From positions 131,199,741-131,263,740 of the forward strand of contig CM041465.1 in NCBI GenBank assembly GCA_023213395.1: a DNA stretch of 64,000 nucleotides, given 5' to 3'. Positions 37,417 to 51,479 of the stretch are shown piece by piece. Position 1 is the first letter of the stretch. Each line of letters starts with the position of its first letter. The notes below the pieces were generated by a model. It had not been told where the DNA came from. It made no database searches and was given only the letters and a program-made list of their open reading frames with translations. The DNA comes from Cycas panzhihuaensis. Its lineage: Eukaryota > Plantae > Cycadophyta. The translations under genes were made by a program, and so were the position numbers.

Positions 37417-39400
37417 AAAAGGTAAACTCAAACAAGAGCAATATCTTTTATCTAAATACTATGGAAAGAACTCAGAGAGTTATTGGTAGGATCCTGAAAA
37501 TGCCCACCAGGAATCTTCCTACTTTATACCTCGGCATGCCTTTATTTGTAGGCAGAATGGAGGACCTATGGAACCCAATTATTAGTTGGGTTCAAAGGAA
37601 ATTAGTAGGTTGGAAGGAGGCCTTATTGAGCCAGGTAGGAAAACTTCAACTATTGGTGGCCTCCCTTCAGAATATACCTACCTATATGATGACCTTGTTC
37701 AGGTGTCTAAGGAAGGCCATAAGTGCCCTTGAGTCTATCTAGAAAAGGTTCTTATAGTCCAGGGCAGAGGATAGGGATAGAATCCATTTAGTGTCCTAGG
37801 AGAAAGTCTACCTATTTAAATGGGCAGGTGGTTTGAATGTCAAGGATATTGCTAGCTTCAATAGAGATATGGTAGTTAAACTAGGCTAGAGCCTCACAAA
37901 AGAGGAGGAGAGGCCCTAGTGCAAGATTGTCACATAGAAATATCTCAGAGACAACTAGTACTTGAAGTACAATATCTCTGGAAAGCAGGGATCTGCAATC
38001 TGGAGGAGTTTAGTTTATGCAAGGAAGATGCTAGCATTGGGGGCTCGGTGGTGCTTAGGGGACGAAAAGTTAATTGACTTTTGGAAGGATATTTGGTATG
38101 GCCACTCCCAACTGAACAAGAGTCCTATTCTCACCCCTATCTAGGATATCTGTTAAAGCCTTTATGGTAGAAAGGTGAATAGTTATTAGGAGGCTTGTGG
38201 GGATGAGAAGAACTGGAAAAGTTTTAAAGAAATCCCTCCTGAACGCGTTAGAGAACAATAAATTGTAGCTCTCAAGAATGAGCTTAATAAAATATACATT
38301 CCTAGATTCCCTAATTTGGCCTGCATCCCTGTCAGGAGACTACTATGTGAAATCCAATTATTTGTTCTTGATGACCAAGAAAGGAATAAATGAACATAAG
38401 CTCCTTGGGGGAGTATGGAAATTGGGGTTAATTCGCAAGGTTGCCATCTTCTAGTAGCTTTGCCTTAAGAATAAGATTCTGACTTTAGATAATCTAAGGA
38501 AGAGAGGCTTCTCGTTGGAGAACAGATACACTCTTTGCCTTCAAGAGGAGGAGTCCTTAGATCATATATTGTTGCAATGCTCTTACACTAGGGAGGTGTG
38601 GGTGAAGTTGTGGAGTATCTTTAGGATAACATGGGTCTCATCTGGGACTATGAAAGAAATAGCCTATGTCTAGTCTTACCTCTTTAGATGCAGGACTATG
38701 AGGTTCTTGTGGATAACCTCTTTACCTATGCTAGTGTGGAATATATGGAAAGAAAGGAACAAGTAGATCTTTCAAGATAAAAGTATGAATGAATCAAAAC
38801 TCTTTGGGATAATTATAACTACCCTGAAAGAGACCCTAAAGGAGAAGAAAGATAGTTTTATCTCTCCTGAGGAAAGGAAGATTTTAGTAAAACAGGGGAT
38901 GGAGAACCCCAAATTAAAGGTGGAGACAAAGAGGCAAGGAACATGGCACCCTCACCGGAGAACTAGGTTAAAATAAACTTTAACAGAGCGTCAAAAGGTA
39001 ACCCCGGTGAGGTAGGGGGTAGAGGATTGTGTAGGGATAGAGAAGGCAAGGTTCTTTAGGCTTTCATTGATTATTACAGTATATAGACAAATCATAGAGC
39101 AGAGCTTGAAGCAATGCGTAAAGTTGTGGACCTAGTCTCCTGAGAGGAGATCCCAAGAGTCATTGTAGAAGGGGACTCCCTAAATGCGATAAAATTGATT
39201 AGAGGAAAAGTGGAGCCAAATTGGAAGTATAGGGCTATGATCAATAATATTAAGGAGTCTCTCGAAAGGAGAGAAAATGTTTAGGTGGCCCACATTTACA
39301 GGGAAGGAAACGGGGTGGCCGACCGATTGGAAAATTAGGGAATTCAACTTAAAAGGGATGTAGTGTAGAAGGACAATTTCCCTAAGGATATTGTGGGTTT
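37417..39400 (+). pseudogene. LINE-A ORF2, 3' part (RT thumb, zf-RVT, RNase H)
   Basis: Resumes QKVNSNKS...YLGMPLFVGRM. KILTLDNLRKRG, NFNRASKGNPG, IVEGDS, HIYREGNGVAD. Confidence 0.88.
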
Positions 39401-39769
39401 GGTTAGGGAAGACTTGGGGGGCATAAGCTTCAGTTAATCTTCTAAGTTGGCTATTGGATACTAGAGGCCTTAGTTGATTTTTATAGCTAACCATTGGCCT
39501 TGTCGTGGCTGGGGAGGGCAGTAGCAATATGATGTTAGGTTGGGTTTTAATGGGAAGCTAGGTCATGGGCTTGTCATGGTGGATCTTTATAGCCAATCTG
39601 GCAGATTTTGTATAGGGTTTGATGCCCCATTTTAATCCCCTCTTTTATTTAAATCGTATATAAAAAAAAAACGTAATATTGGCACTAATATTTCACTTAC
39701 AATAATTAACAAACTTGCAACAATACATCACCAACAATGTGCCTTTCTCTCATCATAACTCTGATACTA

Positions 39770-40043
39770 TGTAATAAAATAAAATTGACAAAAAGTAATG
39801 ATGCACAAATTTAAAAAATAACAAACACCAAGATCACAATGGTACCTTAAAAGAACCTTAACTTGAATTAAGACCAAAAAAATAATTGTACAATAATATA
39901 TCAATTTGATATATTGAGTTTATCTATACTATAACTTGATTATGCGTGAGACCCACAATAAAATACCAATATCATAATAAAATTAATTGTACGAATGTGT
40001 ATTACAACTTTGCCTATAAAACATGAACCAAACTATTTTAATA
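39770..40043 (-). repeat. 5' LTR of copia A
   Basis: Adjacent to the PBS, homologous to 7003-7282 and flanked by TSD ATTTC. Confidence 0.85.
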
Positions 40044-41085
40044 ATTTCCATCACAACATTAGACAAAAATATGAAACAAAGCAAAAATAACATATCAAAA
40101 CTCAACTTTGGCAGTTAAATTAAAAACTAAGGAAAGAAGCATAAATACTAAGTCAAAGCATGGCTAGCATTGAAATGGTGTGCAAGTAGAGAAGACTTGT
40201 AAAAAAATATGCTTATTGCTAAAGAATGCATCAACAAACTATAAACAAAGATTAAAGAAAAATAAGTTTCAACTCTCAAATTACAAGAGAAATCTCAAAA
40301 AATATGAAATTTTTTTTGAGGGAAAATAGCATCTTTAAATTTTTTATTTATAAGAGAGAATGCTAAACCATTTCATATTTCCCCATGTGATGCATGCTTG
40401 AGTTTTGGCACCTTGCATAAGCAAGGAGAACATTTAATAGAGTATTAAAAAAATTGACTTCAAAGATAACTAACAATCCAACAACTTGTCCTTCAACATA
40501 CCAAATAATAGATCAACCTTCCATACTAACCACCAATTGACTACATAGTAATGAAAGCCAAGTTGGGGCACATTTCACTAATCAATGAATGTATTGTTAT
40601 GGTTAACATGTTTAAGGTTGATAACAACTAATTAAAAGCTATATGTTATAAAGCAAGGGTCACATTATTTCTACAAGGATGATTCTTTAACTAGAGTTAA
40701 AAAGGGCAACTCTCCATAAAAGATAAAAGAGGCTTATACAAAAATTCAATTGGATTTGAGAATTGAATAGTTGAAAATAATGTGGTGTATAGACACATTT
40801 ATTATTGTCAATGAAGTCCTATGGGTTATAGAATTGTTCTACTTATAATGTGTGATTATTGTATGTCATATTTGATTATCATAGTGTAGTATCTCATGCA
40901 TTATATGTATCTTACTATGAGCATTCTACCTATATGTAACATGAGGCAATAAATAGGGCATTACACAACAAAAACATTCTATTGATAGAATAAGCCTCTT
41001 ATGAGCATTCATATCATAGAAAGTGTATGCATAGTATGTTCACTCCTCTTAAATTATAATGCAAGCATCACATAAGGGTACATAG

Positions 41086-44000
41086 TTTTTTTCCAATGTA
41101 AAAATGGCTATCATTATATTATAAAATCAAAAGCAATGGCTAAGTAGCGTATTGGCTCACAAGGATTTACTCGCCCACTCTTTTATATGCAGTGTGCTAA
41201 AAATAGCATTATCTATATGGAGATGCTTCTTAAGACTTTTGCGAAGAGGAATAAAGCAAGGGTTATGTGACAATCATAGCAAAATTTTCTTCCTAATGTG
41301 ATTAGAGGTTTGATTAAAAAAATAAACTACTTTTTGGAAATAAGTTGTGGTATAAATTTTCTAAATTTTGTAAATGATAGTTTTGAAAAGAAGAAGCTAG
41401 AGTTCTATCAAGTGGTGGTAACTCATAAACCAAGTATAAGTTATTAACCAACTTTCTTTAAGTAGCCAAGAATGAAGGGGGAAGTGGCTATCTCAGATAT
41501 CGAAAAAACCTTGATCTAGGTTGAAGGTCTAAAAGGAGATGTACTAAATGTCCTAGACTGGAGGATAGAACCACTAAATGTGATTGAAACTATCATTCTA
41601 ATCACCGCATATTGGTCAAAAAAATTATCGATTTATATTCCATAGATCCTACTTATCTTGGAAGATGAATGCTTTGTGCAGGATTCTCCAATGAAGCACA
41701 TTTTTTTTGGGTCGCGCTCACTTCCATCAAATTCGTCCATATTCAACTTGAAGTTGAACATGATGGTATTTCTAACTATATAACAGGTAGTAGAATTCTA
41801 TAGGTTTAATTATTCAACCCCTAGAAAGAAACCTTAGTCCTTCTTCCCTTCCTAAGCCCTTTATAACAACAAGAGGGTCCACTTGCTATAAGAAAAAAAT
41901 TGAATCTTTTGGCCATTTGAATGATCAAAGGTTTGGGGTGAGGGTTGATCCCTAATACAAGCTTGACACAATCCTTCCAACGAAAGTGATCAAAATCGTG
42001 GAATTGAGCCATTGTGTGCCAGTTATGGGCACTGAAGAATTATGCCAACAGTACAAACTCCTCTTAGTTGATTAGTAGAGAGAACCCAAGAGGCAACCAT
42101 TTGTCATTCCAAAAGTTAACTTGAAGACCCTTCGATCATGGGGAATATATAGTATTATAATTAAGGTTGTTCTGAGCTACTACCATATGATTCCAAATTA
42201 TAGAATCTTTTATTAAATAGTTGGGGAGAGCTAATTGTTGTTTAGTAGTATATACAAAATAATATTTCCTCATGATGATGCATGCCCATTTATCATTTTC
42301 TCTATTCTAGAGATCCCACAGTCGCTTAGCCCCTTTGACCTTTGCCATAATGAATGGATCTTTGAGACTAAGACCACCTCAGTTCTTATGATCAACCAAT
42401 GTATTCTATTTCACTTAATGAAATGTCTTTATTTCAATTAACTAATGTTTCCAAAAGAATCTTGTGAACAAACCCCAGATTGTGGAAAGAATTATTTTAG
42501 GAGCTTGAATAATGGACATTAAATAATTAGGCATCTAGGTCAAGGTTGATTCTAAAAGGCTTCATCAACCAGCTAAATTAAGTGATCTAATTGGCCATGA
42601 GTTCAACTTCTTCTTGATTTTCAAAATACAGAGGCATCAATCAATACTTTTATTGTAGAGAGGCCCATCAGAATTCCTAAGTATTTGAAAATAGTGGCTC
42701 TAGGAGCAATTGGGACTCCAATAGTAGTCACCAAGAAGACTTAAGTTTCTAAATCTACTTCATTGAATATGATACTCAATTTACTATGGTTGATCATCAT
42801 CCCCGCTACTAGACCAAAAAACCTGAGAGCTTAGCCCCAGATGTTGCTTTCTAAACGAGAAGGATGTCCCAACAGAATGGTATTATCTGTGAAGATCAGG
42901 TGTATCATGCCCTCTGTTTTGTTAATAGAAATCCTTGAAGAAGACCCACTACCTGAAGCCAATCTAATAAAGAGGAAAGTACTTCCATGGCTATCACAAA
43001 TAGGTAGGCAACAAAGGGCAACCCTAACAAATTCCTCTGTTAGCATGGATAAAACAACCAGCTGAGTCATTGATTTTTATGGCCATAAACACAGAGAAAA
43101 TTATGGCTTTGATCCAGTTGATGTATTTTGGTTGTAGACTCTTTCAAGTGGGTATGGCTAGTAGAAAATCCTATTCTACTATGTCATAAGCTCTGTTGAT
43201 ATTTAATTTAAACAAAGTTGTTGTTGCCTTTTTGTATGTATAATATGAAGAGACTCGGTGATCATAGTCATGTTATCTGTTATACAACAACCCTTTATGA
43301 ATGTTGTTTAGTTTTTATTAACAACTTGAGGAAGAAAAACTTTTAGCTCATTAGTTAGTACTTTGGCTATTATCTTGTATGTAGTATTACAAAGGCTTAT
43401 GGGTCTCCAGTGATGGATAGAGGATAGGGCCTCCCTCTTTAGAATCAAAGAAATCAATGTTGCGTTAATAGTTGGGTGCATTTTACCCATGTTGTAAACC
43501 TCTTCTACTACCTTTGCTAAAAGCTGAGGCACCTCATCAGAATTAATAGACAGAAATAGCTCAACAGGCATTTCATCTAGGCCATGAGATTTACCTTTGG
43601 GAAGCTTTATCATGATTTTGCAAATTTCTTCTTTAGTGATTAGTTTACTGAGGGATTCATTAAGATTTCTGCAACACTCCTTAGGGATAGAATTCACCTT
43701 AGAAAGAATGATTTAGGTGGCTAAGGCCCTATCCAAAGAGAAACCCTGGGTGGTCCAGAGTTTATCAAAGTGTTGAAATATCTCTCCTTGAATTTTGGAA
43801 TGCAAATACGGGATCTTCATAGGAGAGACCTATAGACACTTAAGATTTTGTTGATTTCTCAAAGCATTAGCATAATAATTGAAAATTTTTGAATTATGAT
43901 TAGCATAAAGTTTCCATTAGATATTGGACCATGCTTTCCATTTTTCTGCTTCCTATTTTTGCATTTGGATAAGTTGGTCATTTAAGTCTAAGAGCTTACA

Positions 44001-46860
44001 TCGAAGATTAGATGGACCTTTTCCCTTTTTAAATTCCTTTTATATATCACAAATGGCCATCAGCATGGATTCTCTTTATTCCTCGAGCTAATGTTTGTGT
44101 TCTTTACTAAACAATTTGATGCAAGATTTGAGCCCCTTCATAATCATTGCCCACCAAACATTGGGATAGTCTACAAAATTAGACCAACTACATAATTCCT
44201 CCCACCATTGATGAAGAGCTATCCTAAAGTCCTCAAGTTTGAGCAAACTTGTTTTAAATTTGAAAATTGTCTTCCCTATAGTAGATATATCAGTCCCAAT
44301 AGAAAGTTGGATTTTGATAGGAGTGTGGTCAGAAATCACAGCTGCATTTACCGAGATGTAATTATATTGAACACTGAGAGAGCTCAGGGAATTTGATATG
44401 TAGGCTCTATCCAATATTCCATCTATGTGATTACTTCCCTGTCAGTTATTGGTCCATATATATTTCAAAGGTCCCTTCCAAGGAAATTCAGTAGGACCCA
44501 GAGTGTCTTTAAGGTCGATAAAGGATAAGTTATCTTTTTGATAGGTTCTTTTGAAATTGCCACCTCTTTTATTAGTAGGATATTCCACAAATTTGAAATC
44601 CCCCAATAATAGAATGTGGTCTTGATCAACCTAATTATTATTTAAAGCACCTGTTAAGGCTTGCTAAGAGTCATGTCTAATATGATCATCTATAGAGGCA
44701 TAAACCCCGATGACCCAACAAATAAAATGATCATTTTCCATTTTTAAGCAAAGACAATCCTAAAATGGGCTTATAATGTACTGTTGCATATTCCACCAAT
44801 TATTCCATAAGATACAAAGACCTCCAATGGGTTGATCTGGCAAAACTACTTTCCCTTAGGCTGATGACCAGATATTATGGCATGTGCATTGCATGTCACT
44901 TTTAGAAACTATATGAGTTTCTGTCAGGACCAAAAAATGATGATGATGTTGATGAAGTAGATATTTTAACTCTAAGCATTTACAAAAGTGGAGTTGGCTA
45001 ATTCCCCTAATATTCAAAGCTATTGCTAAAATATTATTTTTGTCCATTATATTGGGATGGATTTGTGCCAACTAAGATTTGAGTTGGGTTTGATGCGAAT
45101 TATCTTCACTACTAGTTACTTGATGTATAAGTTGAATGTCATTCCCATTAGGAGGTCTTAACCATTGCATTTCTGAGACATGATCTAGAGAATTTGCTTC
45201 CTCTATATGCATGTCTATTGAATTGTATCGAAGGTTCCCTAAAGTGTGCACAACAACAACTTCAAAAGTTTGCCCTTGTATTGGGGAGGAAGCCTTTAGC
45301 CTTTTCTTATGTTGATCTCTAGAGTCATTGAAATCATTGCGGTTGACTATTTGTAGGGTGGCCTTTACCTATGTTTCGTGAACAATTATTTATTAGTGTC
45401 CACCTATCTTCTTCTTTTGCCTTATTTAATTTTATGTGCTAATGATGAGTAGTTGTTTCCGTGTGAATTTGTGGAGTTTCATCATTATTAATGGAATTAT
45501 TCCCTGTCATTTGCTCCTCCTCCCCATTGACCTTATGGGTATCTTGTACGAGGCATTTGGTCTAAAATGGCTTCATCTCTCTAAGGGTCTAACAATGGAG
45601 GCGTTTGATAAAGTTGACAAAATTTACACACGTCTAATGTTATGACATGTAGTGCATCTGAATGGTACTCTTTCATAATTTAGATTAATTTTTATTGATC
45701 TATTTGTAACTTTGATAACTAGGTGTTCTTTGAGCAGATTCATCATATCTAACTCAACACACACTTTAGCCATACCCCTGGTGGTGTGATCTAAGATGTT
45801 CAAGTCTAGCTTGATAACCTTTCCTAGCATGGAATCAATTTTGATTAGACATTTATGTTTTCTAAATTCATCAGGCAAGAAAGGTAATCGAACCCAAACT
45901 AGAATTTTTAAGGGCCCTGGGTTACTTAGATCAAACATAAGGGACCATTGTTAAAGAGCTAGACTTGGATTACACATAAACCACAAACCTGCAGATAAGA
46001 CCTTTTCGAGATCTGTTGTATTTAAAATAAAAATATTCAAAAGGCCTTTTCCTTTTAATTCAAAAACGACTTTGCCTAATAAAATGGGGGCCCACACTAC
46101 TTTCTCCCATTCTTCCAAAGACCATGTAAGGGTATACAAGTTGTTAAATTTGCTAATAAGTATTTTTGCCTCTACTTCGATACAAATACTTTCAACATCT
46201 TTAACCGGAAAGGTAATCATATTTGTTTCGTATTCTATTATTCTTGGTAATGTGCTTAAGAGATCCTCATCTGTGACATTGTTCTGGTTCTCATAATACT
46301 TGGCATGGGTTTGAGTTGCTTAAACTTGTGGATTGAATAAGAAGAAATCATGAACTTCATTGAGTAGGTTCCTCTGTTGCATAACCGATAATCCTAGTTA
46401 TGCATGTTTCCTTCTTAGACGATCTTGAAGGGATTATGAAGCCCAAATTGATTGGGGCCTCAAATTCTGCTTATTATTTTGAACTAATGCAAATCCTTCC
46501 TCCATTGGGACCAAAATACTTAGAAAAAATAGTAAATTTCTCTGTAAACAACAAATTTAGATGACATTCAAAAACTCAATTAGATCGTACCTCTTGACCA
46601 AGGGCCTCGATTACAAAACTATGAAGAAAATGCCACAACCTGATATCAGAAAGAATTGAACTGGAGATTAATACAGCTCAAATTTGACAAGAAGCCCTCT
46701 TCGTAAAGATTTAATAAAGTTGATCAGGGGCACCACTCTTAGAGAACTGGATAGAACTCAAATGAAGAGTTGTTCTCCCACCTTGTTTACTTCACCTACT
46801 CGTAAAATTTGTGTGTAAGGGTTATCTGCTTCGCCTCCTCTGTGCCCAACGAAGAGAGAC
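41086..46860 (-). mobile_element. Decayed L1-clade LINE (LINE-C), a different family from LINE-A/B; ends approximate
   Basis: ORF1 remnant 45624-46220 (VLSAGLWF, WVRLPFLP, YERVPFRCTTCH). ORF2 remnant (LNIRGI, LTETH, DRAYIS...SDHTPI, WRPISLCNTTYKIIAKVL, HLIFTDN). T7 at 41086 is a possible tail. No TSD found. Confidence 0.8.
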
Positions 46861-48265
46861 CCAAATGTTAACGTGGAAGTTGTTTGTTAAGCCGCCAGTT
46901 AATGTTAATATGATTTAACTAAAGGTGATTAACAAAATGGTGCGAGATATTCAGAAGGTCATAACTATTACCGGGTGACACATCTTGGAAGGATATAAAA
47001 TCATAGAGCCCTTGTGTATTTAATGTATTAATTCAATAGGTGTAATTAATGTGATCCAAAGGATCTTTTGTGGTGAGATTTTCCTAAAAAAGTTTTCCAC
47101 GTAAATCTCGTACACTGTGCATCTATATTTTGTGTATATATTTATTTGCTTACTATGTATGGTTAAAGATTCTATGGGCAGGAACATATATCTATGAATT
47201 CATGTTTCCTAATATGGTATCAGATCCCATAGGATCCTACACAATTGAAGTTGGAAGTTTTGGCGGAACAGTAAGATCATTAGTTATCAGGTGACGCTAT
47301 CAAACCCAAGACTCGTATTGAGAGTCCATGAACTCCAACAACGTATAAAAGTAGGCACAATTATCAGTGGTGGTTAAGGCAGTGAAAATCACCAATCAAT
47401 GAAGAATAAGGGTCTACTTTAGTTAATATTCAGATGCAAAGGCCACGTTCGTGGTATGAGTTAGCTTATTGGGGGCCATCTAAAGTCGAATGATAAATTG
47501 TAGCAGTAATTCAAGCTAATAGAGCATGTTCTAATGGTGATTTGATGGTGGTAAGACTAGTTGCACACGTATACATATGGAACGCAAGTCCACTTAAGAA
47601 AGCATAGGTCTACGCAAGTCAACTTAGGCAGTTTGCGACAATCGCATCCCATGATATCTGCTATTTAACTCGCGAAGATTCAAATCGTTGCATTTGATAT
47701 ATTTTTTTACTAAGTTTTTAACTTAGTAACATATATTAATAATTTTCAATATGAATTAAAGTATGTGAGTTGAGTTTAACAAATGAACATTTTATAAAAA
47801 GTCACATTAATTGGAATATACCTTTTAGCATATTCCACTTTTAATTTGACATTATAAAAAGGCCCTTTACTATCGATATATCACATATTGCATATTGTGA
47901 AGTATGTTGAACATATTTGAAGTGTTTTGAAGCCATTTGAAATATTTTTCGAGTGCTTTTATGTTGAATTCTAACTTGGACCATGCCCTATTACTGTGCG
48001 AAGCATTCCTTGGTTATTGGAGTTAATTCTTAAGACATCTTAAGTGTTTTTCTAAAGATTTTGTATACTTTTGAGGACATTTTAGGGCTCATTGCAAAGG
48101 GAGAATAGTTAGTGGAGTTGTCCAGTGCATGAATAATCGTTGTTCGAAATTCCCCTAGTGAGTGTGCCTGAGCTAAAGGAGACCACAGTGGTGCATTTTT
48201 TGTCTGGAAAGTCTATAAGACTATCATTTGGTGTTTGGTAACTTGTGTTAAAGCCTATTCTCAAG

Positions 48266-51200
48266 ATGGAGTGCATGATGTCAAAGGTGAAGCAATTTCA
48301 ACGATAATAATTTCAGTGAGTGTAAGGCCAATATAGAGTTGGTATTAATGGTGAACCAACTTTGAGGAATTACTAAGGTAAAAGTTGACGCAATTCCATT
48401 TGACCATAAAGAGTGCGTGAGACTTGAGGAGAAGCAATTTATGGGCATAGGATTGTTGAAGTTATCACCGACATAGAACCAAAGAGCTCTGGTTCACAAC
48501 TTAAAATAACCAAATGAGATTTAGACAAAATTATGTGATAGTTTTGAGAAAAAGAAGACAAATATGCATCTTACCCTCATGTTGGAGCTACTCGATTCAT
48601 GTGTAGAAGATGAGAACAACATCAATTCCTATCTAAATAAGATTACTAACTTAAGGATTAAGCTAGAAGAATTAAAGTCAAATTCGATCAATGATGCGCT
48701 TCTATTCATGATATTTATGTCAAGGTTGTCATCTGCTTTTGCCACTTTTCAAACCATATATGGTAGAGATGAGATGATGAAGGCAAAAATCTTTGATGGT
48801 ATTAAGAACCTTATTCTGGCAAAGGATGCCAAGCTAAAATATCATGAAATACTTAGAGGTTCTGAATCAAGTCAGGCCTTAGTCATAAAGACTTAGAGAA
48901 AAGAGGCCACTCAGAACGAGAAGTTCACACAGAGATCTCGAGAAAGATCTCACAAGAAGAAGAAATTCAATAGAAAATGTAACTACTACAAAAAGGACGG
49001 TCATAGAGAGAAGAACTATTGGTTCAAGAGACGTGACAAACACAAAGTAAGCTAGGATGACAAAAGAAAAAGTATTGTTGCATACTGCATCTGAGCATCA
49101 ACCGAGTCAGATTATAGACTATTAGATTTTGGATTATGGAGTGCAAAAGCATATCTCTTACCAAAAATGCAACTTTGATACGATGAACGAAAATCACAGT
49201 GGTGTTGAAATCATTCTTAGAGATACTTGTGTGTGAGTGGAAGGTATTAGCAAAGTTTCCTTAGCAAGTGGTAAGCTTACATGGGTATACTATGTACCCA
49301 AGATGCAATTGAATCTACTTTCAACCCTGGAGATCTGCAAACGTATTAAGGTGGAGTTATACTATGATAGATGCCTAATTAAGGATCCAAAGTAAAATTT
49401 CTTTGTCATTGCTACTAAAAAGGTCAAAGATAACTTTTGAGTATTTGAAAAGTTTTAATCTCAAAAGAAATCTTACGCTTTTGTTGCCAGCATTGATGAT
49501 GTGAGCAAACTATAGCATGATTGCCTAGGACATCTTAATTACAAAAGCATCGCAATACCAAAGAGGTTGAAAATGGTGGAAGATTTGCCATATGTTTCAT
49601 GTTCAAACGGTATTTGTGAAGGGTGCATATATGGAAAGTATCACCACTATCCTTTTGCTCAGGATAATACCTAGAGAGCTAAGGAGAAGCTGGAGTTTGT
49701 GCATACAGATGTAATGGGTCTAATCCCAAACCCCTCAATATCAAAAGATCATTACACCCTAGTGTTTGTGGATGATTAAACCAAAGAAGCTTGGGTGTAG
49801 ATTCTGAAGAAAAAGTCAGAGGTGTTTGATCGCTTCTGTGACTGGAAAGCGATGGTAGAAAACAAAAGTAAGAAAAAGATTAAATCATTAAAAAGTGATA
49901 ATGTCAAAGAAGATGACAATCATGCATTTAATTAGTTCTGTCATAATCATGGTATAAAGTGAGAATTTATGATCCTATATACCCCACAATAAAATGGAAT
50001 TACTAAAAGAAAAAACCATACTATAATGGATATAGTGAGGTATATGGTGCACGCTAAAAACTTGCCATTGATGTTTTAGGTAGAAGTTGTGGTGACTATT
50101 ATTTATATTTTGAACTGGGTACCCACTCATGTAATTCATAGCATGACCCCCCTAAAAAATGGACTAGTCAAAAGTATGTTATTAGCTATTGAACAACCTT
50201 TGGGTGTATTAGATATGCCCACATCCCAGATGATACTCACAAGAAGTTTGATTGGAAAAGTCTAAAGTGTATATGTATGAGGTATTATGATCAAAATAAA
50301 ACTTACAGACTATAGGATCCATAGGGGAAAAAGATTGTGATTAGTTAGGATGTAAAATTCGACAAGTTATCGACATATCATGCTGATAAATCATCAAAAG
50401 AGCCTTTTTACCCCTCGCTATTTCCATTCTTAGATTCATTAAGAAGAGGATGATGAGCCATTCATTGGAATATATGAGGAAGTAAGACCAAGTAGGTCGA
50501 GTAATAATGAGAAGCCACCACGTGAAAAAGCACCTTCAATAATGGGTCCTTCTTACCATTATGGGCAAGGAAGACTATTGAAGATTCTAAAGTAGTAATG
50601 CATACCCTTACTAATGAGAGAAGAATAATAAGTCATCATGCTAGTCGAACTCTGTTGGTAAACACCAATAACTCCAGTGATCCTAATTCGTATGATGAGG
50701 CAAAAGGAAATCCACGATAGAGAACTACAATGAAGGAATATGGTTCGCTTATGAAAAATGACACATGGGATTTTGTTCCACTCTCTCCGACGAAGAATAT
50801 TGTTGGGTCCAAGTAGGTCTACAAGACCAAGTTTCACTCTAATGGAGAGGTGAATAAGTATAAAGCCAAGATTGTCGCTCAAGGGTTCAAATAAAAAGAA
50901 GGAATTGACTATAAGGAGACATTTGCACCAATCTCTAAGATAACGATAATCTAATTGATCATATTTCTAACAACTGCTTATAGTTGGGAGTTATACTAGA
51001 TGGACATCAAGTCCGCATTTCTTAATAAAGATCTAAAGGAGATACATGTCACAGCCTTCGAGATTCATTAAGTAAATCTAAGAGCATCTTGTATGTCAGT
51101 TAAAAAAATCTTTGTACGACTTGAAACAAATACCTCATGCTTGGTATGAGAAGATGGATGTCAAGTTAAAACCTAAAGGTTTCGTAATTACTAAACTTAA

Positions 51201-51479
51201 CCTAAATTTGTATGTGAAAAGAAAGGGGGTGTCAATAGTCACTTGCGTGGTGTATGTGGATGATTTAATTATCAGAGGTAACTGTAACAAGACTATTATA
51301 GAAATCAAATCTAATTTGGGAGCTTCTTTTAATATGACAGACTTTAAGAGACTTCACTGCTTGTTAGGAATTCAAATAAGGCAAATGGATAATCAAATCA
51401 TGTTGTTGTAGTCGTAGTACATGAAGAGCCTACTACAGAAGTTTTGGATGCAGAATTACAAACCTATTGTAACACTATA
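48266..51479 (+). pseudogene. pol: Copia E gag-pol, 5' part (Gag, knuckle, PR, INT, RT N-terminal half)
   Basis: CNYYKKDGHREKNY, HDCLGHLNY, CEGCIYGK, VHTDVMG, FVDD, KSDN, YDLKQIPHAWY, VYVDDLIIRG. Confidence 0.88.

Larger units (their letters stand above)
28844..39669 (+). mobile_element. Full-length plant L1-clade LINE (LINE-A), decayed and split by LINE-B
   Basis: 16-bp TSD aacataatattgacac (28828-28843) / aacgtaatattggcac (39670-39685). A-tail at ~39662. ORF1 and ORF2 (EN-RT-zf-RNase H) in order. Confidence 0.9.
7003..40043 (-). mobile_element. Ty1/copia element A, the old host element, expanded to 33 kb by nested insertions
   Basis: Homologous LTRs 7003-7282 and 39770-40043. Perfect TSD ATTTC at 6998-7002 and 40044-40048. 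PBS (rc) actctgatacta 39758-39769. Decayed PPT (rc) ctccatcataa at 7283. Colinear gag-PR-INT-RT-RH pieces lie between the insertions. Confidence 0.85.

Noticed and set aside
40050-41080. Possible DNA-transposon (hAT-like) remnant
   Set aside because: Only a vague WW-containing stretch, with no TIR, TSD or convincing motif.
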